A stretch of 64,000 nucleotides of DNA from Eledone cirrhosa. Lineage: Eukaryota. The notes under the pieces are model-generated. The model was not told where the DNA came from. It did not search any database and worked only from the letters and a program-made list of their open reading frames with translations. Where the stretch lies: positions 440,944,001 through 441,008,000 of the forward strand of contig OZ024740.1 in assembly GCA_964016885.1 (NCBI GenBank). Direction: 5' to 3'. Shown in pieces: positions 53,871 through 64,000 of this stretch (its first letter is position 1; every line of letters starts with the position of its first letter). Made by a program: the position numbers and the translations under genes.

Positions 53871-56800
53871 TAGTAGTGTTGGTTCTAACCTAGTAGTGTT
53901 GGTTCTAACATAGTGGTGTGGGTTCTCACATAGAAGTGTTGGTTCTAACATAGTAGTGTTGGTTCTAACATAGTAGTGTTGGTTCTAACATAGTAGTGTT
54001 GGTTCTCACATAGTAGTGTTGGTTCTAACATAGTAGTGTTGGTTCTCACATAGTAGTGTTGGTTCTAAGATAGTAGTGTTGGTTCTAACATAGTAGTGTT
54101 GGTTCTCACATAGTAGTGTTGGTTCTCACATAGTAATATTGGTTCTAACATAGTAGTGTTGGTTCTAACATAGTAGTGTTGGTTCTAACATAGTAGTGTT
54201 GGTTCTAACCTAGTAGTGTTGGTTCTAACATAGTAGTGTTGGTTCTCACATAGTAGTGTTGGTTCTAACATAGTAGTGTTGGTTCTCACATAGTAGTGTT
54301 GGTTCTAAGATAGTAGCGTTGGTTCTAACATAGTAGTGTTGGTTCTAACATAGTAGTGTTGGTTCTCACATAGTAGTGTTGGTTCTAACATAGTAGTGTT
54401 GGTTCTCACATAGTAGTGTTGGTTCTAACATAGTAGTGATGGTTCTAACATAGTAGTGTTGGTTCTCACATAGTAGTGTTGGTTCTCACATAGTAGTGTT
54501 GGTTCTCACATAGTAGTGTTGGTTCTCACATAGTAATGTTGGTTCTAACATAGTAGTGTTGGTTCTAACATAGTAGTGTTGGTTCTCACATAGTAGTGTT
54601 GGTTCTCACATAGTAGTGTTGGTTCTCACATACTAGTGTTGGTTCTCACATAGTAATGTTGGTTCTCACATAGTAGTGTTGGTTCTAACATAGTAGTGTT
54701 GGTTCTAACATTGTAGTGTTGGTTCTCACATAGTAGTGTTGGTTCTAACGTAGTAGTGTTGGTTCTAACATAGTAGTGTTGGTTCTCACATAGTAGTGTT
54801 GGTTCTAACATAGTAGTGTTGGTTCTAACATAGTAGTGTTGGTTCTAACATAGTAGTGTTGGTTCTAACGTAGTAGTGTTGGTTCTAACCTAGTAGTGTT
54901 GGTTCTAACATAGTAGTGTTGGTTCTCACATAGTAGTGTTGGTTCTAACATAGTAGTGTTGGTTCTAACATAGAGGTGTTGGTTCTCACATAGTAGTGTT
55001 GGTTCTCACATACTAGTGTTGGTTCTCACATAGTAATGTTGGTTCTCACATAGTAGTGTTGGTTCTAACATAGTAGTGTTGGTTGTAACATTGTAGTGTT
55101 GGTTCTCACATAGTAGTGTTGGTTCTAACGTAGTATATTTGGTTCTAACATAGTAGTGTTGGTTCTCACATAGTAGTGTTGGTTCTAACATAGTAGTGTT
55201 GGTTCTAACATAGTAGTGTTGGTTCTAACGTAGTAGTGTTGGTTCTAACATAGTAGTGTTGGTTCTAACGTAGTAGTGTTGGTTCTAACATAGTAGTGTT
55301 GGTTCTCACATAGTAGTGTTGGTTCTAACGTAGTAGTGTTGGTTCTAACATAGTAGTGTTGGTTCTAACATAGTAGTGTTAGTTCTAACATAGTAGTGTT
55401 GGTTCTCACATAGTAGTGTTGGTTCTAACGTAGTAGTGTTGGTTCTAACATAGTAGTGTTGGTTCTCACATAGTAGTGTTGGTTCTAACATAGTAGTGTT
55501 GGTTCTAACATAGTAGTGTTGGTTCTCACATAGTAGTGTTGGTTCTAACGTAGTAGTGTTGGTTCTAACATAGTAGTGTTGGTTCTCACATAGTAGTGTT
55601 GGTTCTAACATAGTAGTGTTGGTTCTAACATAGTAGTGTTGGTTCTCACATAGTAGTGTTGGTTCTCACATAGTAGTGTTGGTTCTCACATACTAGTGTT
55701 GGTTCTCACATAGTAATGTTGGTTCTCACATAGTAGTGTTGGTTCTAACATAGTAGTGTTGGTTCTAACATTGTAGTGTTGGTTCTCACATAGTAGTGTT
55801 GGTTCTAACGTAGTAGTGTTGGTTCTAACATAGTAGTGTTGGTTCTCACATAGTAGTGTTGGTTCTAACATAGTAGTGTTGGTTCTAACATAGTAGTGTT
55901 GGTTCTAACATAGTAGTGTTGGTTCTAACGTAGTAGTGTTGGTTCTAACCTAGTAGTGTTGGTTCTAACATAGTAGTGTTGGTTCTCACATAGTAGTGTT
56001 GGTTCTAACATAGTAGTGTTGGTTCTAACATAGAGGTGTTGGTTCTCACATAGTAGTGTTGGTTCTCACATACTAGTGTTGGTTCTCACATAGTAATGTT
56101 GGTTCTCACATAGTAGTGTTGGTTCTAACATAGTAGTGTTGGTTGTAACATTGTAGTGTTGGTTCTCACATAGTAGTGTTGGTTCTAACGTAGTATATTT
56201 GGTTCTAACATAGTAGTGTTGGTTCTCACATAGTAGTGTTGGTTCTAACATAGTAGTGTTGGTTCTAACATAGTAGTGTTGGTTCTAACGTAGTAGTGTT
56301 GGTTCTAACATAGTAGTGTTGGTTCTAACGTAGTAGTGTTGGTTCTAACATAGTAGTGTTGGTTCTCACATAGTAGTGTTGGTTCTAACGTAGTAGTGTT
56401 GGTTCTAACATAGTAGTGTTGGTTCTAACATAGTAGTGTTAGTTCTAACATAGTAGTGTTGGTTCTCACATAGTAGTGTTGGTTCTAACGTAGTAGTGTT
56501 GGTTCTAACATAGTAGTGTTGGTTCTCACATAGTAGTGTTGGTTCTAACATAGTAGTGTTGGTTCTAACATAGTAGTGTTGGTTCTCACATAGTAGTGTT
56601 GGTTCTAACGTAGTAGTGTTGGTTCTAACATAGTAGTGTTGGTTCTCACATAGTAGTGTTGGTTCTAACATAGTAGTGTTGGTTCTAACATAGTAGTGTT
56701 GGTTCTCACATAGTAGTGTTGGTTCTAACGTAGTAGTGTTGGTTCTCACATAGTACGGTTGTTGTAACATAGTAGGGATGGTTCTAACATAGTAGTGTTG

Positions 56801-59800
56801 GTTCTAATATAGTACTGTTGGTTCTAACATAGTAGTGTTGGTTCTAACATAGTAAGGTTGGTTCTAACATAGTAGTGTTGGTTCTAACATAGTAGTTGGT
56901 TCTAACATAGTAGTGTTGGTTCTAACATAGTAGTGTTGGTTCTCACATAGTAGGGTTGGTTCTAACATAGTAGTGTTGGTTCTAACATAGTAGTGTTGGT
57001 TCTAACATAGTAGTGTTTGTTCTAACATAGTAGTGTTGGTTCTAACCTAGTAGTGTTGGTTCTAACATAGTAGTGTTGGTTCTCACATAGTAGTGTTGGT
57101 TCTAACATAGTAGTGTTGGTTCTCACATAGTAGTGTTGGTTCTAACATAGTAGTGTTGGTTCTCACATAGTAGTGTTGGTTCTAACATAGTAGTGTTGGT
57201 TCTCACATAGTAGTGTTGGTTCTCACATAGTAGTGTCGGTTCTCACATACTAGTGTTGGTTCTCACATAGTAATGTTGGTTCTCACATAGTAGTGTTGGT
57301 TCTAACATAGTAGTGTTGGTTCTACCATTGTAGTGTTGGTTCTCACATAGTAGTGTTGGTTCTAACATAGTAGTGTTGGTTCTAACATAGTAGTGTTGGT
57401 TCTAACATAGTAGTGTTGGTTCTAACATAGTAGTGTAGGTTTTTACATTGTAGTGTTGTTTCTAACATAGTAGGGTTGGTTCTAACATAGTAGTGTTGGT
57501 TCTCACATAGTAGTGTTGATTCTAACATAGTAGAGTTGGTTCTAACATAGTAGTGTTGGTTCTAACATATTAGTGTTGGTTCTAACATAGTAGTGTTTAT
57601 TCTAACATAGTAGTGTTGGTTCTAACATAGTAGTGTTGGTTCTAACCTAGTAGTGTTGGTTCTAACATAGTGGTGTGGGTTCTCACATAGAAGTGTTGGT
57701 TCTAACATAGTAGTGTTGGTTCTAACATAGTAGTGTTGGTTCTAACATAGTAGTGTTGGTTCTCACATAGTAGTGTTGGTTCTAACATAGTAGTGTTGGT
57801 TCTCACATAGTAGTGTTGGTTCTAAGATAGTAGTGTTGGTTCTAACATAGTAGTGTTGGTTCTCACATAGTAGTGTTGGTTCTCACATAGTAATATTGGT
57901 TCTAACATAGTAGTGTTGGTTCTAACATAGTAGTGTTGGTTCTAACATAGTAGTGTTGGTTCTAACCTAGTAGTGTTGGTTCTAACATAGTAGTGTTGGT
58001 TCTCACATAGTAGTGTTGGTTCTAACATAGTAGTGTTGGTTCTCACATAGTAGTGTTGGTTCTAAGATAGTAGCGTTGGTTCTAACATAGTAGTGTTGGT
58101 TCTAACATAGTAGTGTTGGTTCTCACATAGTAGTGTTGGTTCTAACATAGTAGTGTTGGTTCTCACATAGTAGTGTTGGTTCTAACATAGTAGTGATGGT
58201 TCTAACATAGTAGTGTTGGTTCTCACATAGTAGTGTTGGTTCTCACATAGTAGTGTTGGTTCTCACATAGTAGTGTTGGTTCTCACATAGTAATGTTGGT
58301 TCTAACATAGTAGTGTTGGTTCTAACATAGTAGTGTTGGTTCTCACATAGTAGTGTTGGTTCTCACATAGTAGTGTTGGTTCTCACATACTAGTGTTGGT
58401 TCTCACATAGTAATGTTGGTTCTCACATAGTAGTGTTGGTTCTAACATAGTAGTGTTGGTTCTAACATTGTAGTGTTGGTTCTCACATAGTAGTGTTGGT
58501 TCTAACGTAGTAGTGTTGGTTCTAACATAGTAGTGTTGGTTCTCACATAGTAGTGTTGGTTCTAACATAGTAGTGTTGGTTCTAACATAGTAGTGTTGGT
58601 TCTAACATAGTAGTGTTGGTTCTAACGTAGTAGTGTTGGTTCTAACCTAGTAGTGTTGGTTCTAACATAGTAGTGTTGGTTCTCACATAGTAGTGTTGGT
58701 TCTAACATAGTAGTGTTGGTTCTAACATAGAGGTGTTGGTTCTCACATAGTAGTGTTGGTTCTCACATACTAGTGTTGGTTCTCACATAGTAATGTTGGT
58801 TCTCACATAGTAGTGTTGGTTCTAACATAGTAGTGTTGGTTGTAACATTGTAGTGTTGGTTCTCACATAGTAGTGTTGGTTCTAACGTAGTATATTTGGT
58901 TCTAACATAGTAGTGTTGGTTCTCACATAGTAGTGTTGGTTCTAACATAGTAGTGTTGGTTCTAACATAGTAGTGTTGGTTCTAACGTAGTAGTGTTGGT
59001 TCTAACATAGTAGTGTTGGTTCTAACGTAGTAGTGTTGGTTCTAACATAGTAGTGTTGGTTCTCACATAGTAGTGTTGGTTCTAACGTAGTAGTGTTGGT
59101 TCTAACATAGTAGTGTTGGTTCTAACATAGTAGTGTTAGTTCTAACATAGTAGTGTTGGTTCTCACATAGTAGTGTTGGTTCTAACGTAGTAGTGTTGGT
59201 TCTAACATAGTAGTGTTGGTTCTCACATAGTAGTGTTGGTTCTAACATAGTAGTGTTGGTTCTAACATAGTAGTGTTGGTTCTCACATAGTAGTGTTGGT
59301 TCTAACGTAGTAGTGTTGGTTCTAACATAGTAGTGTTGGTTCTCACATAGTAGTGTTGGTTCTAACATAGTAGTGTTGGTTCTAACATAGTAGTGTTGGT
59401 TCTCACATAGTAGTGTTGGTTCTCACATAGTAGTGTTGGTTCTCACATACTAGTGTTGGTTCTCACATAGTAATGTTGGTTCTCACATAGTAGTGTTGGT
59501 TCTAACATAGTAGTGTTGGTTCTAACATTGTAGTGTTGGTTCTCACATAGTAGTGTTGGTTCTAACGTAGTAGTGTTGGTTCTAACATAGTAGTGTTGGT
59601 TCTCACATAGTAGTGTTGGTTCTAACATAGTAGTGTTGGTTCTAACATAGTAGTGTTGGTTCTAACATAGTAGTGTTGGTTCTAACGTAGTAGTGTTGGT
59701 TCTAACCTAGTAGTGTTGGTTCTAACATAGTAGTGTTGGTTCTCACATAGTAGTGTTGGTTCTAACATAGTAGTGTTGGTTCTAACATAGAGGTGTTGGT

Positions 59801-62800
59801 TCTCACATAGTAGTGTTGGTTCTCACATACTAGTGTTGGTTCTCACATAGTAATGTTGGTTCTCACATAGTAGTGTTGGTTCTAACATAGTAGTGTTGGT
59901 TGTAACATTGTAGTGTTGGTTCTCACATAGTAGTGTTGGTTCTAACGTAGTATATTTGGTTCTAACATAGTAGTGTTGGTTCTCACATAGTAGTGTTGGT
60001 TCTAACATAGTAGTGTTGGTTCTAACATAGTAGTGTTGGTTCTAACGTAGTAGTGTTGGTTCTAACATAGTAGTGTTGGTTCTAACGTAGTAGTGTTGGT
60101 TCTAACATAGTAGTGTTGGTTCTCACATAGTAGTGTTGGTTCTAACGTAGTAGTGTTGGTTCTAACATAGTAGTGTTGGTTCTAACATAGTAGTGTTAGT
60201 TCTAACATAGTAGTGTTGGTTCTCACATAGTAGTGTTGGTTCTAACGTAGTAGTGTTGGTTCTAACATAGTAGTGTTGGTTCTCACATAGTAGTGTTGGT
60301 TCTAACATAGTAGTGTTGGTTCTAACATAGTAGTGTTGGTTCTCACATAGTAGTGTTGGTTCTAACGTAGTAGTGTTGGTTCTAACATAGTAGTGTTGGT
60401 TCTCACATAGTAGTGTTGGTTCTAACATAGTAGTGTTGGTTCTAACATAGTAGTGTTGGTTCTCACATAGTAGTGTTGGTTCTAACGTAGTAGTGTTGGT
60501 TCTCACATAGTACGGTTGTTGTAACATAGTAGGGATGGTTCTAACATAGTAGTGTTGGTTCTAATATAGTACTGTTGGTTCTAACATAGTAGTGTTGGTT
60601 CTAACATAGTAAGGTTGGTTCTAACATAGTAGTGTTGGTTCTAACATAGTAGTTGGTTCTAACATAGTAGTGTTGGTTCTAACATAGTAGTGTTGGTTCT
60701 CACATAGTAGGGTTGGTTCTAACATAGTAGTGTTGGTTCTAACATAGTAGTGTTGGTTCTAACATAGTAGTGTTTGTTCTAACATAGTAGTGTTGGTTCT
60801 AACCTAGTAGTGTTGGTTCTAACATAGTAGTGTTGGTTCTCACATAGTAGTGTTGGTTCTAACATAGTAGTGTTGGTTCTCACATAGTAGTGTTGGTTCT
60901 AACATAGTAGTGTTGGTTCTCACATAGTAGTGTTGGTTCTAACATAGTAGTGTTGGTTCTCACATAGTAGTGTTGGTTCTCACATAGTAGTGTCGGTTCT
61001 CACATACTAGTGTTGGTTCTCACATAGTAATGTTGGTTCTCACATAGTAGTGTTGGTTCTAACATAGTAGTGTTGGTTCTACCATTGTAGTGTTGGTTCT
61101 CACATAGTAGTGTTGGTTCTAACATAGTAGTGTTGGTTCTAACATAGTAGTGTTGGTTCTAACATAGTAGTGTTGGTTCTAACATAGTAGTGTAGGTTTT
61201 TACATTGTAGTGTTGTTTCTAACATAGTAGGGTTGGTTCTAACATAGTAGTGTTGGTTCTCACATAGTAGTGTTGATTCTAACATAGTAGAGTTGGTTCT
61301 AACATAGTAGTGTTGGTTCTAACATATTAGTGTTGGTTCTAACATAGTAGTGTTTATTCTAACATAGTAGTGTTGGTTCTAACATAGTAGTGTTGGTTCT
61401 CACATAGTAGTGTTTGTTCTACAATAATAGTGTTGGTTCTAACATAGTAGTGTTGGTTCTAACATAGTAGTGTTGGTTCTAACATAGTAGTGTTGATTCT
61501 AACATAGTAGTGTTGGTTCTAACATAGTAGTGTTGGTTCTAACATATTAGTGTTGGTTCTAACATAGTAGTGTTTATTCTAACATAGTAGTGTTGGTTCT
61601 AACATAGTAGTGTTGGTTCTAACATAGTAGTGTTGATTCTAACATAGTAGTGTTGGTTCTAACATAGTAGTGTTGGTTCTAACATATTAGTGTTGGTTCT
61701 AACATAGTAGTGTTTATTCTAACATAGTAGTGTTGGTTCTAACATAGTAGTGTTGGTTCTAACATAGTAGTGTTGGTTCTCACATAGTAGTGTTGGTTCT
61801 CACATAGTATTATTGGTTCTAACATAGTAGTGCTGGTTCGCACATAGTAGTGTTGGTTCTCACATAGTAGGGTTGGTTCTAACATAGTAGGCTTGGTTCT
61901 AACATAGTAGTGTTGGTTCTCACATAGTAGGGTTGGTTCTAACATAGTAGTGTTGGTTCTCACATAGTAATATTGGTTCTAACATAGTAGTGTTGGTTCT
62001 AACATAGTAGTGTTGGTTCTAACATAGTAGTGTTGGTTCTAACCTAGTAGTGTTGGTTCTAACATAGTAGTGTTGGTTCTCACATAGTAGTGTTGGTTCT
62101 AACATAGTAGTGTTGGTTCTCACATAGTAGTGTTGGTTCTAAGATAGTAGCGTTGGTTCTAACATAGTAGTGTTGGTTCTAACATAGTAGTGTTGGTTCT
62201 CACATAGTAGTGTTGGTTCTAACATAGTAGTGTTGGTTCTCACATAGTAGTGTTGGTTCTAACATAGTAGTGTTGGTTCTAACATAGTAGTGTTGGTTCT
62301 CACATAGTAGTGTTGGTTCTCACATAGTAGTGTTGGTTCTCACATAGTAGTGTTGGTTCTCACATAGTAATGTTGGTTCTAACATAGTAGTGTTGGTTCT
62401 AACATAGTAGTGTTGGTTCTCACATAGTAGTGTTGGTTCTCACATAGTAGTGTTGGTTCTCACATACTAGTGTTGGTTCTCACATAGTAATGTTGGTTCT
62501 CACATAGTAGTGTTGGTTCTAACATAGTAGTGTTGGTTCTAACATTGTAGTGTTGGTTCTCACATAGTAGTGTTGGTTCTAACGTAGTAGTGTTGGTTCT
62601 AACATAGTAGTGTTGGTTCTCACATAGTAGTGTTGGTTCTAACATAGTAGTGTTGGTTCTAACATAGTAGTGTTGGTTCTAACATAGTAGTGTTGGTTCT
62701 AACGTAGTAGTGTTGGTTCTAACCTAGTAGTGTTGGTTCTAACATAGTAGTGTTGGTTCTCACATAGTAGTGTTGGTTCTAACATAGTAGTGTTGGTTCT

Positions 62801-64000
62801 AACATAGAGGTGTTGGTTCTCACATAGTAGTGTTGGTTCTCACATACTAGTGTTGGTTCTCACATAGTAATGTTGGTTCTCACATAGTAGTGTTGGTTCT
62901 AACATAGTAGTGTTGGTTGTAACATTGTAGTGTTGGTTCTCACATAGTAGTGTTGGTTCTAACGTAGTATATTTGGTTCTAACATAGTAGTGTTGGTTCT
63001 CACATAGTAGTGTTGGTTCTAACATAGTAGTGTTGGTTCTAACATAGTAGTGTTGGTTCTAACGTAGTAGTGTTGGTTCTAACATAGTAGTGTTGGTTCT
63101 AACGTAGTAGTGTTGGTTCTAACATAGTAGTGTTGGTTCTCACATAGTAGTGTTGGTTCTAACGTAGTAGTGTTGGTTCTAACATAGTAGTGTTGGTTCT
63201 AACATAGTAGTGTTAGTTCTAACATAGTAGTGTTGGTTCTCACATAGTAGTGTTGGTTCTAACGTAGTAGTGTTGGTTCTAACATAGTAGTGTTGGTTCT
63301 CACATAGTAGTGTTGGTTCTAACATAGTAGTGTTGGTTCTGAACATAGTAGTGTTGGTTCTCACATAGTAGTGTTGGTTCTAACGTAGTAGTGTTGGTTC
63401 TAACATAGTAGTGTTGGTTCTCACATAGTAGTGTTGGTTCTAACATAGTAGTGTTGGTTCTAACATAGTAGTGTTGGTTCTCACATAGTAGTGTTGGTTC
63501 TAACGTAGTAGTGTTGGTTCTCACATAGTACGGTTGTTGTAACATAGTAGGGATGGTTCTAACATAGTAGTGTTGGTTCTAATATAGTACTGTTGGTTCT
63601 AACATAGTAGTGTTGGTTCTAACATAGTAAGGTTGGTTCTAACATAGTAGTGTTGGTTCTAACATAGTAGTTGGTTCTAACATAGTAGTGTTGGTTCTAA
63701 CATAGTAGTGTTGGTTCTCACATAGTAGGGTTGGTTCTAACATAGTAGTGTTGGTTCTAACATAGTAGTGTTGGTTCTAACATAGTAGTGTTTGTTCTAA
63801 CATAGTAGTGTTGGTTCTAACCTAGTAGTGTTGGTTCTAACATAGTAGTGTTGGTTCTCACATAGTAGTGTTGGTTCTAACATAGTAGTGTTGGTTCTCA
63901 CATAGTAGTGTTGGTTCTAACATAGTAGTGTTGGTTCTCACATAGTAGTGTTGGTTCTAACATAGTAGTGTTGGTTCTCACATAGTAGTGTTGGTTCTCA
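53870..64000. repeat. Near-identical tandem block, 2 x 3,757 bp (each with an internal 2 x 1,060 bp duplication), plus a third shorter copy from ~61,960
   Basis: ORFs 54626/58383, 55006/58763 and 56405/60162 (offset 3757); 54626/55686 and 58383/59443 (offset 1060). TAATATTGG occurs at 54134/57891/61968, and the third copy has only one TAGAGGTG marker. Confidence 0.9.

Larger units (their letters stand above)
1..64000. repeat. Tandem satellite array, 20-bp monomer TAGTGTTGGTTCT(A/C)ACATAG, ~3,200 head-to-tail copies; runs off both window ends
   Basis: Directly visible in every line: a 20-bp register with sparse substitutions and rare 1-2 bp indels, the same orientation throughout, and no intervening unique DNA. 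Confidence 0.99.
32830..64000. repeat. Array domain B (19- and 18-bp deletion monomers, frequent AACGT CpG variant)
   Basis: Diagnostic variants TACGGTTGTTCT (19-mer), TAGTTGGTTCT (18-mer), TTGTTTCTAATAG (18-mer), AACGTAG, CATACTAG, TAATGTTG, CATTGTAG, TGTTTATT, TTCGCAC and GGGATGG. Confidence 0.85.

Noticed and set aside
1393-63545. Dozens of minus-strand ORFs encoding (MRTNTTMLEPTLLCENQHYYV)n-like peptides of 61-121 aa
   Set aside because: They are translations of the satellite. A 20-bp unit cycles through three frames every 60 bp; the A allele gives a stop in one frame (TGT TAG) and the C allele in another (ATG TGA), so ORFs appear wherever the A/C pattern is briefly 3-periodic. There are no unique flanks, domains or gene structure, and the + strand is full of TAG/TAA stops.
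1-64000. CRISPR array or repeat-spacer system
   Set aside because: Repeats are directly head-to-tail with no unique spacers, no leader and no cas genes.
1-64000. Telomerase-synthesised terminal repeat tract
   Set aside because: Multi-kb strings of rare variants are copied faithfully as blocks, which indicates DNA-templated recombination or slippage, not repeated copying of a short RNA template. No chromosome end lies in the window.
1-64000. A/C pattern as an information-bearing message or synthetic construct
   Set aside because: The pattern is accounted for by nested duplications with scattered natural-looking point mutations and indels. Nothing indicates encoding or engineering.
1-64000. 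A single fixed higher-order repeat period for the whole array
   Set aside because: Periods vary by region (820, 860, 1060, 1940, 2717, 2881, 2920, 3217, 3757 bp and others), each with only 2-3 copies.

Overview
The whole 64-kb window is one uninterrupted, single-orientation tandem array (satellite DNA) of a 20-bp monomer, consensus TAGTGTTGGTTCT(A/C)ACATAG, in about 3,200 copies (64,000/20). GC is 35-40% and the + strand is G/T-rich (13 of 20 bases). I see no unique sequence, transposon, RNA gene, CRISPR spacer, inversion or credible protein-coding gene. All listed minus-strand ORFs are translations of the repeat, and their boundaries are set by the A/C polymorphism at monomer position 14. 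The informative content is the variant pattern: (i) a two-allele A/C monomer code, (ii) two array domains with different diagnostic variants joined by a triplicated chimeric block, (iii) nested kb-scale block duplications, and (iv) local 60/120-bp higher-order repeats carrying a periodic CpG. This is most consistent with eukaryotic heterochromatic (centromeric, pericentromeric or subtelomeric) satellite evolving by recombination or slippage. I cannot assign the organism or a named satellite family from sequence alone. Block boundaries were read by eye and are approximate (a few monomers).
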